Source: an uncultured virus (IMG/VR IMGVR_UViG_2718218115_000003) (lineage: Duplodnaviria; Heunggongvirae; Uroviricota; Caudoviricetes). From it: 64,000 nt of DNA. The notes under the pieces were generated by a model, which saw only the letters and a list, made by a program, of their open reading frames with translations, was not told the DNA's origin and did not search any database. A program made the translations under genes and the position numbers. Shown piece by piece: positions 1 through 9,843 of this stretch; position 1 is the first letter of the stretch; every line of letters starts with the position of its first letter. The stretch lies in IMG/VR virus record IMGVR_UViG_2718218115_000003; one strand, 5' to 3'.

Positions 1-228
1 CTACGAAAGATTTGATATTAAAGGCTCAATTTCAAGTGCTTCTAAGTATCCATTTCTACTTTCCCAAGAGGCCACTGCTTTAACACCATATAAATTAGTA
101 GCTCTTCCATGACCTCTAACAATTGGCTCAGGAAAGGGGTCGGAACCCCTTTCCCGCATATTTTTTAAAGTACCTTTAGAAATTTTGTACCTCTGTAAAA
201 TCTCTGGTGTTGAGATATAAATTGCCAT
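1..228 (-). CDS. Excisionase-like / AlpA-MerR type HTH DNA-binding protein
   Basis: 75 aa with YIS.PEILQRYKISKGTL helix-turn-helix, FPEP motif and terminal Y...V..W pattern typical of recombination directionality factors. Confidence 0.6.
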   Translation of the reverse strand: MAIYISTPEILQRYKISKGTLKNMRERGSDPFPEPIVRGHGRATNLYGVKAVASWESRNGYLEALEIEPLISNLS

Positions 229-233
229 TAAAT

Positions 234-428
234 TTAGACCTCCTTATTTTCCACTTTTCTAAAAACAGTACCTTCAGGATCAACTCCAAAATATTCGCAT
301 ATTTGGCGAGCCTTTGTTGAACCTGGTCCCAATCTACAAACGTGCATCCAATTAGTATCTGATTTACATTTTTTAGGGGCATTTTGAATTGCTAAATAAT
401 AAAGCTGCTCAAAGTCAAATCCACTCAC
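234..428 (-). CDS. Small hypothetical phage protein
   Basis: 64-aa ORF (GTG start) directly upstream of and co-oriented with the excisionase-like gene. Confidence 0.55.
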   Translation of the reverse strand: MSGFDFEQLYYLAIQNAPKKCKSDTNWMHVCRLGPGSTKARQICEYFGVDPEGTVFRKVENKEV

Positions 429-429
429 A

Positions 430-621
430 CTTCATAGAGTAGATGAAGATAATGATTTTCTAATTGGAAGACTCGATAAAGGTGGTTATTTTGGATGCCC
501 ATCATCAGATGTAAAGCTGCTTCAAGAACCATGTTTACATGGGTACGATATCGCATGTTTATTATGTGGTTTTGGTCAATCAGAAACTACTGGTGAAAGG
601 ATCTGGCATACCCAACGATAG
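430..621 (+). pseudogene. 5'-truncated ORF fragment (LHRVDEDNDFLIGRLDKGGYFGCP...CLHGYDIACLLCGFG...WHTQR*)
   Basis: 63 open codons with no start codon (in-frame TAA at 400-402), Cys-rich end, followed by a terminator; abuts the divergent ORF start at 428 with no promoter space. Confidence 0.5.
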
Positions 622-656
622 TATGTAAGATATAGTTTTTAAATTAATAAACGATT

Positions 657-683
657 AAGCTTACCTATTGGTGGGCTTTTTTT
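657..683 (+). terminator. Intrinsic terminator
   Basis: AAGCTTACC-tatt-GGTGGGCTT hairpin plus T run. Confidence 0.6.
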
Positions 684-699
684 ATATTAGTGAAATTGT

Positions 700-1473
700 A
701 TGACAATAGGTATTTGTAAGCTTTGCGGCGAAGAAAAAGAATTACAACGTTCTCATGTAATTGGTAAAACTATTTTCAGTAGCATATTGCGTACTTCAAT
801 TAAGAATGTTGCAACTCAATTTGAATTTGGAAGTAACAAAATTATCGAAACAAATGATACTTGGTATACCCGCTTATTGTGCAGTGAATGTGAGCGTTTT
901 TTTAATGAAGAATATGAAAATTATTCAATTGCAGTTTTAAGAAGAAAAAGAAAAGAAATTGAAATAATAGAAAATGTGGAAGGGGTTACTTTCACGAATC
1001 TGAATGTCGAAAAGATTGTTTTGTTTGCTTTTTCTATTTATTGGCGTGCATCACATTCTGAACATCATGCTTATGCTGATAGCAAAACATTTCCTCTTTT
1101 AGATAAAGTTCTAAAGGCAACTCTTAAAAAAGATATAGATTTAATTAAAGCTTTATTTAAAGCTAGAATCAGAATATTAAAAGATGACACTAAACTTTTC
1201 GAAGAACATCAATTAAAACTAATTATTTTTTCGCCTTTTATAACTGAATTACCTAAAGGCTTTAAATACACGATGATATTTGAAGGTTACTTAATTGAAT
1301 TATATTTCAGTACTTTAAATTTTAAAAATGCTTATAAATTAGGTTTCTTAATTAATGAAAATGAGATATTTATTCCCTATGTAAATATTCTTTCTCAGAA
1401 GGAAATTGTAGAAACCTTAAAAGAAGGTGGAAAACTTGTTGAAAAAATGTTTAACGGAATTAGTCCACAATGA
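700..1473 (+). CDS. HNH-like Zn-binding putative nuclease (low-GC accessory gene)
   Basis: N-terminal CKLC...SHVI...LLCSECE pattern (CxxC-H-CxxC treble clef); very AT-rich. Confidence 0.55.
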   Translation: MTIGICKLCGEEKELQRSHVIGKTIFSSILRTSIKNVATQFEFGSNKIIETNDTWYTRLLCSECERFFNEEYENYSIAVLRRKRKEIEIIENVEGVTFTNLNVEKIVLFAFSIYWRASHSEHHAYADSKTFPLLDKVLKATLKKDIDLIKALFKARIRILKDDTKLFEEHQLKLIIFSPFITELPKGFKYTMIFEGYLIELYFSTLNFKNAYKLGFLINENEIFIPYVNILSQKEIVETLKEGGKLVEKMFNGISPQ

Positions 1474-1510
1474 GATTACAATCAGATTCCCAATTAATTT
1501 TGGTCAGTTT

Positions 1511-1726
1511 ATGAAAATTTGTATAGGTGGTGATCTCGATGGACAAAAAGTTGAGAAGGATGTTTATTCATTTAAAACTACTGAAATACTTCCTGAAAGG
1601 AAGTAAGAGTATTTAATTCAATGTTTTGTTCTTGGTGAGAATAGATACAAATTCTGGATTTGTTTAGGTATTGATTTTCATGAAGTTTCCAAGAAGATTG
1701 AAATGATGATCAGAGGCCAAAATTAA
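1511..1726 (+). pseudogene. Small phage gene with premature stop (MKICIGGDLDGQKV...ERK*EYLIQ...RGQN)
   Basis: ATG at 1511, single in-frame TAA at 1604-1606, frame stays open to TAA at 1724-1726. Confidence 0.5.
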
Positions 1727-1805
1727 TAATTATAAAAAGTTGATAATTTATTAAATTTATATTAAATTGTGAGAACTAGTTAACGCTTTAGTTTTTGTAG
1801 TTTAT

Positions 1806-1839
1806 AGTCCGCAACTTCCCCAAGGTGCGGACTTTTTTT
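1806..1839 (+). terminator. Intrinsic terminator
   Basis: AGTCCGCA...TGCGGACT stem followed by T run. Confidence 0.65.
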
Positions 1840-1862
1840 AATTATTTGCCGAGTGATTTTTT

Positions 1863-2186
1863 ATGAACGATTGGAATCTTTTTGATGAAGTAATAATAGA
1901 AAAAAATTCAGATATATATGTTGTATTTGCTGTTGATAATAACACTGGAAAAAAATATCAAATACAAATGGAAGATAGCCAAAGATGGGGAATCCCTGAT
2001 TCAAATAACGCATATTTTATTGAACAAAAAAAGGTCTGTCATATTCTGCAAAAAAATGGAAATAATTTACTTTACAATGGTGAAAATCATGAAGAAATGT
2101 TTAACGAAATTTCTGAAAAAGTGAATCAAGCTCATGTTCGAACCTATAGTATTAATTGCTCAGGAAATATCTATAATAATAGGTAG
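1863..2186 (+). CDS. Hypothetical protein (AT-rich accessory gene)
   Basis: 107-aa ORF between a terminator and the first TGGAAC site. Confidence 0.55.
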   Translation: MNDWNLFDEVIIEKNSDIYVVFAVDNNTGKKYQIQMEDSQRWGIPDSNNAYFIEQKKVCHILQKNGNNLLYNGENHEEMFNEISEKVNQAHVRTYSINCSGNIYNNR

Positions 2187-2206
2187 GTTAATTAATACAA
2201 AATTAT

Positions 2207-2282
2207 TGGAACCATCCTAATTTAAGTTAAAGAAATAATTTAATAATTCCTGAGTTTATATAAATTCGGGAATTAGGTTCTA
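2207..2282 (+). promoter_or_regulatory. TGGAAC-type phage leader (first of 16 copies) with hairpin before start codon
   Basis: TGGAAC at 2207, 76 nt before ATG 2283; AATTCCTGAG...TTCGGGAATT inverted repeat just upstream of ATG. Confidence 0.6.
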
Positions 2283-2972
2283 ATGAACAAGCGAAATAAT
2301 CGCCGTAACTGGACTGAAATTTTTTCAGAGAATAAAAGACAAGAACTATTTAAGAACTTCAATGATTCATTTAGTCCAGTTAAAAGTAAAAAACAAAAAT
2401 CACCATCATCAAAACATGTTTTTTTCCCGTGCCATGTAGACAAGGAAAATGACGGAGAAAATAGTATATATAGTGGAAGCACAGGCGGTGTTATCATTTC
2501 TGGTAAGCAATACATCACAATCAAATTGCCTTATGGATTAAGCGCTAACGAGATTTGGAGGGCTACAATTGATCAGAACGGAAAGCAAAGAAATAGTCTT
2601 TCAGTAGGTGCCAAAAAATATAAAGACAAGGTTCAAAAACAGTATGGACCTATGTTTAGAGCACTTAAGTTAAAAGCTATCGATCAACTTTGTGAAATAC
2701 GATTAATTGTACAGCCACCCCTTAAAACACGTTCTTACAGCGCTAAGACATATCCGCGATTTGATATTGATAACTATCCCAAACTTATTATTGATAGTGT
2801 CAAAGGTGATGGCTTGTTATTCAAAGACGACAATATTTTCATAAGTGAACAAATTAAGCTGGCAGAACCAATTGAAGACGGTTGTGTTTGGCTTTCTTGC
2901 GTTTTTACGGATGAAATTGATTGGTTGTCAAAAACTGTAGACTTTGATTGGTTAGCTGGGAGAAACACTTAA
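2283..2972 (+). CDS. rusA: RusA-family Holliday junction resolvase
   Basis: Catalytic signature FDIDNYPKLIIDSVKG...KDDN (DxDNxxKxxxD...DD) and LP...SAN.IW N-terminal motif. Confidence 0.8.
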   Translation: MNKRNNRRNWTEIFSENKRQELFKNFNDSFSPVKSKKQKSPSSKHVFFPCHVDKENDGENSIYSGSTGGVIISGKQYITIKLPYGLSANEIWRATIDQNGKQRNSLSVGAKKYKDKVQKQYGPMFRALKLKAIDQLCEIRLIVQPPLKTRSYSAKTYPRFDIDNYPKLIIDSVKGDGLLFKDDNIFISEQIKLAEPIEDGCVWLSCVFTDEIDWLSKTVDFDWLAGRNT

Positions 2973-3659
2973 ATGGCGAAAAAGAGCGATTTGCAACGTA
3001 GAGTACTCATTGGTAGAAAACTTGCAATGGCGCGTGACATGACTCAATTACGTCAAGAAGACGTAGCATTAGAGATATTCGGTACACCTCATAAGAATCG
3101 AATGAGTGAAATCGAAAATGGTAAATTAATGCCAGATGCAGAATTATTATCTGTCCTATGCCAAAAATACGGTGTCTCTTCAGATTGGGTTCTTGGGTTT
3201 ACTGTTGAGCCCGAACTAGATAAAACTGCTTCAGTGGCAGGAATTTTGTTTAACAGTCTTGGCGATATGATGAGTGAATATACTCAAGCCATGGCTTTTC
3301 AGTTAAGTATGGCCGCTGCACAGCATGTAACGTCATTTCCAAAAGCATTAACAGTACAATTATTAAATGCATCAAAAGAGCTTATTCAGGCTTGTTTATC
3401 TCAAGACCGGTCAATTCAAGACAAAGTATTACCTGAATTACAAGCTTTAATGCTTATTGTTCGTGAATGTGAGCAAAATAGAGCTAAACAAATCCGCAAC
3501 CTAGAAATGGCTATTGATGATGTTTTTCAGCGTGACGAAAACGATTTGCAGGAAAAGGCATTGATTGACCTTATTCAAAATCGAAAGCGTTTTAGTAAAG
3601 CTTCTTTACAGCAGCAGGCTATAGCTGAAGTAAAACAAATAGGTCTATTTACAGAGTAG
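2973..3659 (+). CDS. XRE-family HTH transcriptional regulator
   Basis: IGRKLAMAR...LRQEDVA...MSEIENGK.MP...YGVSSDWVLG is a canonical HTH_3 pattern; helical C-terminal extension. Confidence 0.75.
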   Translation: MAKKSDLQRRVLIGRKLAMARDMTQLRQEDVALEIFGTPHKNRMSEIENGKLMPDAELLSVLCQKYGVSSDWVLGFTVEPELDKTASVAGILFNSLGDMMSEYTQAMAFQLSMAAAQHVTSFPKALTVQLLNASKELIQACLSQDRSIQDKVLPELQALMLIVRECEQNRAKQIRNLEMAIDDVFQRDENDLQEKALIDLIQNRKRFSKASLQQQAIAEVKQIGLFTE

Positions 3660-3675
3660 TAATGGATAGACAAAA

Positions 3676-4512
3676 ATGGCTCGAAAGATTGAATACTCGG
3701 AAGAAATTTGGAACCGACTAAAACAAGTCTATGAATCTTCACCTAAGATTACTTGGCAAGGTTTAGTTGATCATGTTGGCGAAGAACTCGGTTGTGAGAT
3801 GCCTTCGCCGTCTGTAGTTAGGCGAAAAGCTCTTGCTGAGAAATGGAAAAAGAAAGCGAAATCTCTAGTCAAGAAGACTGCCCGCGAGCTCAATAAAGAG
3901 ATAAAAAAATTGACCAATAAAAATGATGGTCAAGATGCGTCACAAGATTCTGAAAATAAACAAAAAAATGATAGACAAAATTCTGTCAAAAAAACGTCAA
4001 ATATTGCTGAAATTGATGGTCAAAACTCAAATAATAATGGTAAGAACAACGGCGGCAACTCAACAATCAATGAGAATTATCTTAAGTCAGCATTAGTAGT
4101 CAAAAATAACCGTGTTAGAGCTCATAAACTTGGAGAACTTATTACAGATACAATTGACAGTGTTATTCATATTCGAGATGAAGTACTGAATCTTAATAAT
4201 CCAACAGAAGAACAATTAGCATTAGTTAAATTCAAGATGGGACTTATTTGTCAGGTTGTAGATTTAAACGTGAAGCAAAGTATAAGCATTTCTAACATTG
4301 CTAGGACAGAAGCAATGTTCTGGGGCTTAGATGTGGATGATCTGAAAGACCAGTCAGAAGTTCAAGCACGGCGTAGTTCTGTTATTGCTGGGGCCGAAGA
4401 TAGAATGGCAATTGCAAAAGCAAATATGAAGAAGAAGAAAGAAGAAGCATTTATGCGGAAACTCGCACTTGTTGAGGCTGGTGAAATTGAGTATGAAGAT
4501 GTACAAGAATAA
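3676..4512 (+). CDS. Putative terminase small subunit-like DNA-binding protein
   Basis: N-terminal W..LK..YE...VRRKA..EKW pattern resembling small-terminase HTH, Asn/Lys linker, helical C-terminus; inference only. Confidence 0.4.
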   Translation: MARKIEYSEEIWNRLKQVYESSPKITWQGLVDHVGEELGCEMPSPSVVRRKALAEKWKKKAKSLVKKTARELNKEIKKLTNKNDGQDASQDSENKQKNDRQNSVKKTSNIAEIDGQNSNNNGKNNGGNSTINENYLKSALVVKNNRVRAHKLGELITDTIDSVIHIRDEVLNLNNPTEEQLALVKFKMGLICQVVDLNVKQSISISNIARTEAMFWGLDVDDLKDQSEVQARRSSVIAGAEDRMAIAKANMKKKKEEAFMRKLALVEAGEIEYEDVQE

Positions 4513-4630
4513 GTCAAAAAATGCGCTGGAATATGGTTGATTATTGAATATACTATTTACTTGATATGTACAATAATTTTCACTTCATTTTAAAACTTAA
4601 TTCAAGGTATTTATTATAGGAGAATATTTC

Positions 4631-5056
4631 TTGAGTCCTTATTTTTTTGGTATTAGCCCTTGGTTTTTATATGCTTTTTTGGTGGTTCTTGCTATTGCTG
4701 GCTTATTTGTAATTCGTGTAAATAAACTTAATAACATCAAAGGTAGTGCAATTGGTTTAATTTTGATTGGAGTAGCTATTTTAGGAGGTATCTCATATTC
4801 AAACTATATGAGTAAACCTATTTCCGAACGAAAAGCTGAGCAGCTTGACTTAGCCATTAACCAATCTTATGGCAATCCGAGTGCAGATGAATTTAGAGCA
4901 GCATTGTCTGAGTTAGGTGAAAAAAAGGGTAATACTACTGGTGGCTCTGCTTTCGCTTTAGAAGGAAGTAAGATTTACTTAGACTACGTAACTAGAAAAG
5001 ATTTCAATCAACTTGTGAAGTTATATGAAGAAAGTAAAAAAAATGACCTAAATTAA
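4631..5056 (+). CDS. Hypothetical membrane protein (2 TM)
   Basis: TTG start with AGGAG SD; two hydrophobic segments; own terminator downstream. Confidence 0.6.
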   Translation: MSPYFFGISPWFLYAFLVVLAIAGLFVIRVNKLNNIKGSAIGLILIGVAILGGISYSNYMSKPISERKAEQLDLAINQSYGNPSADEFRAALSELGEKKGNTTGGSAFALEGSKIYLDYVTRKDFNQLVKLYEESKKNDLN

Positions 5057-5074
5057 GGTTTTATAATAAAAAAT

Positions 5075-5101
5075 AAGCCTGCCTAAATGGTGGGCTTTTT
5101 T
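5075..5101 (+). terminator. Intrinsic terminator
   Basis: AAGCCTGCC-taaat-GGTGGGCTT plus T run. Confidence 0.6.
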
Positions 5102-5162
5102 GTTTAATAATTAACCATATGATAACTTATTTTAAAAAAAGTTCCCGTGTTTTGGGGAGTGC

Positions 5163-5477
5163 ATGACTATATTAGAAATTACCAATAACTTTATAGGAGA
5201 CATGCAAATGTCATCAAATCGTATCACTGCAGCTGAAGCAACTAAACTGGCATCTTCAATTCCAGAAACTAGTCCAGATTCCATTCTTAATGATGCTTAT
5301 GACAGTATTAGGCTCAATACTAAAAAAGGTGAGATTGTTCGTCTTTATAATGTAAATACTACATCTTTAAATATTTTATCTTCTGTAGTTAACACATTAA
5401 AACAAGATGGATATCAAGCAGAAGCTGTGCCACATACTGAAGGGTTTTATAGATTAGTTGTAAGATGGAATGTTTGA
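5163..5477 (+). CDS. Hypothetical phage protein (true start may be ATG 5208)
   Basis: ORF; AGGAGA SD at 5195-5200 suits the downstream ATG. Confidence 0.55.
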   Translation: MTILEITNNFIGDMQMSSNRITAAEATKLASSIPETSPDSILNDAYDSIRLNTKKGEIVRLYNVNTTSLNILSSVVNTLKQDGYQAEAVPHTEGFYRLVVRWNV

Positions 5478-5551
5478 TTTAGGAACTGACTAAAATCTGA
5501 TAGTTAAAAATTCTCCAAAATGCCCTATATCAGTATGGGGCATTTTTTGTT

Positions 5552-7807
5552 ATGGCAGATTCAAATCACAATAATCCAGTTTTATCTTATGATGAGCTTG
5601 GTTTCATTATTGGTATGAAACGAGTTGAAAAAAAAGTAAGTACGATTGATTCAAATATTGAAAAGATTATCGAAATTCTTACTCAAAGCTTTGAAGAGCA
5701 AAAAGCACAGTTTGCTAAGCATCAGCCCAAACTGACTGAATTTCAAAAGATGCTTAATGCTGTCAATAATAGACCAGCTTTAGACTTTGAAGATTTATTA
5801 AAAGAAAAAGCAAATCCTATTACGCAGTCTTTTGTTGTAGCCGACAAGTTTGTAAAAGACTTTGCTGATGTATTGGAGCAATCAGTTAGTGACCTTAATT
5901 CAGCAAATAAAGAACAAATCAACCAACCTAATGCACGAAAGCCAGCTATAGAAATTAATAGTCATGAAGACTTATCAAAAATTGTAAGCTCATCTGCACC
6001 AGAACGTGATGAGAAAGGCCGTTTTGTATCTAACAATAATGATGATGAAAACCAATCATCAATTAGAAAGGTTGCTCAGATGATAACTACGGCGATTAAA
6101 GGTGTAATGCCGAAATCACCGCAAGGTGTAGATCCTACAGTTGATGCTATCAATGAAGTTGGTCATTTACTTTCACCTGTCCGCCGTGCCGCTGGTTTAG
6201 CCTTGCGTCCATTAACTGGTTTGATGCGTAGTAAAAAGCGCAATGAGCCATTACCTCGTGAACAAGAGAATCATAACCGTAAACAAATAAAGTTATTGCA
6301 GCGCATTGCCGATAATTTAGCGGCTAAGGGCGGATTGTTAGGTTCTATAGGGAAATTACTTACTTCCGCTTTATCTGCTGGTGGCGGGCTTCTAGGCGGT
6401 GCTTTGGGCAAAGGTAAAAAAGGTATAGGGAAATTAGGTAAAGGTTTAGGTAAATTTCTAAAGTTTGGTCGTGGCTTACCCGTTATTGGAGCATTAGCCG
6501 CTGGTGCATCATTGTTAGATTGGAATGAACAGAGCACACAAGAAAAGGGCGGTACTGTAGGTAGTCTTGCTGGGGGTATGATTGGTGGTACGGTAGGATC
6601 CATATTTGGTCCAGCTGGAACCTTGATTGGTGGCATGGCTGGTTCTTGGATAGGTAATAAACTTGGTACCGCAGTTGCGCCGTATTTTAAAGAGTGGACA
6701 GATTCATTAATTGCTGCAGATGTACCAGGTATTATTAATACTGCGTGGAAAGGATTTGTTAGTTATGCAGCGAATGCTTTTGATCAAGCAAAAGGCTCAG
6801 CTTCAAAAGTTGTGGAAGGTGTCAAAGATACTGCAGGTGATACATTAGATTTCATCAAAGATAAATTTAATCGGTTTAATCCATTTCATGACGGCGTTCC
6901 AACATGGGGAGTAGGGCAAGGAGTTTATAAGCCGGGCTTTGGGTCAAACAAAAATATTCCTGCTTATGGTTCAACTAATACTAAAGCTTTGGAAATGATT
7001 GGCAATAATACTGTCGAAAGAGCAAGTAGCCTTCTACGTAAATTTGAAGGATACAACGATACTGCCTATTGGGATGTGAATGCTCATCGTGTTGGTTATG
7101 GTAGCGACACAGTGACAGATGAAAAGGGCAACGTAACCAAGGTTACTGCAAATACAAAAGTCAAAAAGGCAGATGCTGAAAGGGATTTGGAACGCCGTAC
7201 AAGAATATTCGCAGCTGAAGCAAGGAGTAAAGTCGGAGAAAAAGCTTGGGATAACTTACCTATGGACACACAAGCAGCGTTAACATCTGTAGCATACAAT
7301 TATGGTGCACTTCCAAAGAGTGTTGTTAAGGCTGTGAAAACTGGCAGTGTAGAAGAAATCTCTACTTCTGTTAGAAATTTACAGAATCATAATAATGGAA
7401 TTAACTCAAAGCGTCGAAATTCAGAGGCCGATATCATCAAGAGTTCAGTTTCAAAAACAAATAATTTACTAAAACCTTCTGAAGAAATTAACAAGGGAGG
7501 AAGTGATATTAATGAAAAAATTACCTTCTCTAATAGGTTGGAGGAGTCCAAAAAATCAATTAAACAGGTTTTAGCTACTAAACCAGCAATACTTCCGACA
7601 GCTCAAAAAACAAATAATGTTAATTCAAAACTTAAGACCCAAGTTAACACTGCTGTCCAATCATTTAAGCAGCCTCTCAATACACCTAATCCACAAGAAG
7701 TCGTTGTTGTTAATGGTAGTAGTGGTAATATTTCGCAGAACGTAAACGATAGATACCTAGCTCATGCTCTAACAGGTGGGATAGGTATGGGGAAATTAGA
7801 TGTATAA
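5552..7807 (+). CDS. Tape-measure / DNA-injection protein with GH24-like lysozyme domain (functional analogue of P1 Sit)
   Basis: Helical N-half, Gly-rich hydrophobic zipper (GGMIGGTVG...GGMAGSWIG), then LRKFEGY...AYWD...VGYG...ALTSVAYNYG...RRNSEA phage-lysozyme motifs (~7030-7430). Confidence 0.65.
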   Translation: MADSNHNNPVLSYDELGFIIGMKRVEKKVSTIDSNIEKIIEILTQSFEEQKAQFAKHQPKLTEFQKMLNAVNNRPALDFEDLLKEKANPITQSFVVADKFVKDFADVLEQSVSDLNSANKEQINQPNARKPAIEINSHEDLSKIVSSSAPERDEKGRFVSNNNDDENQSSIRKVAQMITTAIKGVMPKSPQGVDPTVDAINEVGHLLSPVRRAAGLALRPLTGLMRSKKRNEPLPREQENHNRKQIKLLQRIADNLAAKGGLLGSIGKLLTSALSAGGGLLGGALGKGKKGIGKLGKGLGKFLKFGRGLPVIGALAAGASLLDWNEQSTQEKGGTVGSLAGGMIGGTVGSIFGPAGTLIGGMAGSWIGNKLGTAVAPYFKEWTDSLIAADVPGIINTAWKGFVSYAANAFDQAKGSASKVVEGVKDTAGDTLDFIKDKFNRFNPFHDGVPTWGVGQGVYKPGFGSNKNIPAYGSTNTKALEMIGNNTVERASSLLRKFEGYNDTAYWDVNAHRVGYGSDTVTDEKGNVTKVTANTKVKKADAERDLERRTRIFAAEARSKVGEKAWDNLPMDTQAALTSVAYNYGALPKSVVKAVKTGSVEEISTSVRNLQNHNNGINSKRRNSEADIIKSSVSKTNNLLKPSEEINKGGSDINEKITFSNRLEESKKSIKQVLATKPAILPTAQKTNNVNSKLKTQVNTAVQSFKQPLNTPNPQEVVVVNGSSGNISQNVNDRYLAHALTGGIGMGKLDV

Positions 7808-8198
7808 ATTCATGAAAACTACTTTATTAATTTTGAGCTCAATTACTTGTTCAGTTTCATTTGCTGGAATAGAAAAATGCTCAAATTTACCCAATCAGAA
7901 TGCTTTAAATAGTTGTTCTTCTAATGTTTTGAATTCTGCAAATCAGAAAATCAATAGCGTTTATAACAACTATATGAAAGAACTTAATTCAACAGAGAAA
8001 CTTCAATTGAAAGAAGCTCAAAGAGCTTGGATTCAATACAAAGAAAAAGATTGCCAATTTCAATCTGCACCTGTTCTTAAGGGCTCTTTATACCCATTTG
8101 TACATAATGCATGTTTAGTCGAAAAGACGGAAACCCGAACAAAAGAGCTTCTAGACATGCAAGAGTGCAGATCTGGTAACGAGCCTGGTTGTTTATAA
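7800..8198 (+). CDS. LprI / DUF1311-family secreted lysozyme inhibitor (start probably ATG 7812)
   Basis: Signal peptide MKTTLLILSSITCSVSFA; C..N.C...INSVY...LKEAQRAWIQYKEKDC...CL...T.TR..EL signature. Confidence 0.8.
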   Translation: MYKFMKTTLLILSSITCSVSFAGIEKCSNLPNQNALNSCSSNVLNSANQKINSVYNNYMKELNSTEKLQLKEAQRAWIQYKEKDCQFQSAPVLKGSLYPFVHNACLVEKTETRTKELLDMQECRSGNEPGCL

Positions 8199-9843
8199 TT
8201 CCATTTCTTAAAATTTTATAAAGAGCTATATGTTAATTAATTTAAGTTCTCATTAATGAATAATATGAGAACTTAAATTCTATTTAATTTTGTGGTCTTT
8301 ATTCTTCTACTAAAGGGAATAAAATTTCTTTTTCATCAATAGGCTGAGATAATCTTTTATACTCTTTCTCGAAATGGCGTAGCTCCTTATGATAGGGTAG
8401 GTTTTCAACGGCCATTTCAATTAGTTCTAGTGCTTTTGTCTCTTTACCATCTTTTCTATAACGTTCAGCTAATTGAAGAATCATTGCTGATTCAAAAATA
8501 TCAGGACATCTTATTTTTAATTTTTTATCTCTATCTTTAAAATACTGTATTAAATATTTTTCATGATCTTTAATATCCCATTGAATTTGGAATCTTAGCA
8601 AAGCGTTAACTATAAGACCTTCAATACAAGGATTCGATATCTTCTTTTCATGTTTCTGCATAAATTTAGTTACTTTTTGCTTTCGCTCTTTTTCATTTTC
8701 GTACTTGTCTTTTAAATAGATATAATAAATTATATAAAGAGCTAAATAGGCATGTTTATCTACTTGTTTCAATGTATCAATTTTTGATTCAAATTCGTCT
8801 AAAACGTTAGTTAAGTCAGTAACTGAGGTATTTGGAATAGAATTTAAACAATCCTTTAACTGAAACAGAAAAGCTACTAATTTTCTAACACCCGCCCCAA
8901 CACTAAAGTCAATTTCAGCAATCCAATATTGAGGTGCTAAATGTACTTGTAAAATATTAGATCGTTCTAAATAATAATCATATGGTTCTTTTTCAATAGT
9001 TTTTTGTTTCATAACAAATTCGATAATTACATGTCTTGCAAGTCTCGATAACCCTTGGAGTGTTAGCCATTTTTTATCTTCAATTAAACATGTTTCAGAA
9101 TATTGAGCGTGGGATAATTGTTTTGGTAATTTTATTAAGTTGTGCACATATTTTGATCTAGCTTGATATGCATTTGTAAGAGCTGTAGGTAAATCTAATC
9201 TAGCAATAGGATTTAATACAAAATCAGCATCTTCCCTGAAAAAAGAAGGAGAAACATGTTCAAGAGCAAATGCTTCGAATCTTTTTTTTAAAGAGGTATG
9301 TTCTATACTTAATATAGCCTCTCTAACTTTTTGAGCAATTTCTGATTCACATCCTTTTAATGCTTCATCGATTATCTTTTTCTTTCGTTGATCGTAGTCC
9401 TTCCAAGTTGATTGGTGACCATCGAAATTTTGTGCAAGAGATTCAATTGATGCGACGAGTAGAGTGTACGCTAATTCAAAATCATCTGCGATACGATGCA
9501 TACCTGTTACATATGTTCGAATTGAGCTCATTACCCCTAAATATGTTTTACGTTCTAGGCCAATTAAGTGATTAGTAAACCTTATAAGAAATTTTTGATC
9601 TTCTTCTTGGCAATAAATATTTTTATCAAAAACTGTTTTAATCATCTTATTTGGTGATCTATGAGTAGAAACACCTTGTTCATCGCTTAGCAACCTTTCA
9701 GTAAGTGAATGGCTAGGTGAAGCTGTACAATTTAATACCAAGGAAAGAATTGAAGAAAAGTCTAATATCAAAGAGCTAATCCCATGAGAAATTAAAATTC
9801 CTGGCTTACTTTCGGTTTCTTCTACCAGTTCTTCTATTTCATA

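Noticed and set aside
6271..6636. Long antisense ORFs (also 15102-15590, 33053-33421, 53531-53917)
   Set aside because: Shadows of well-supported plus-strand genes; no RBS and composition mirrors the sense codons
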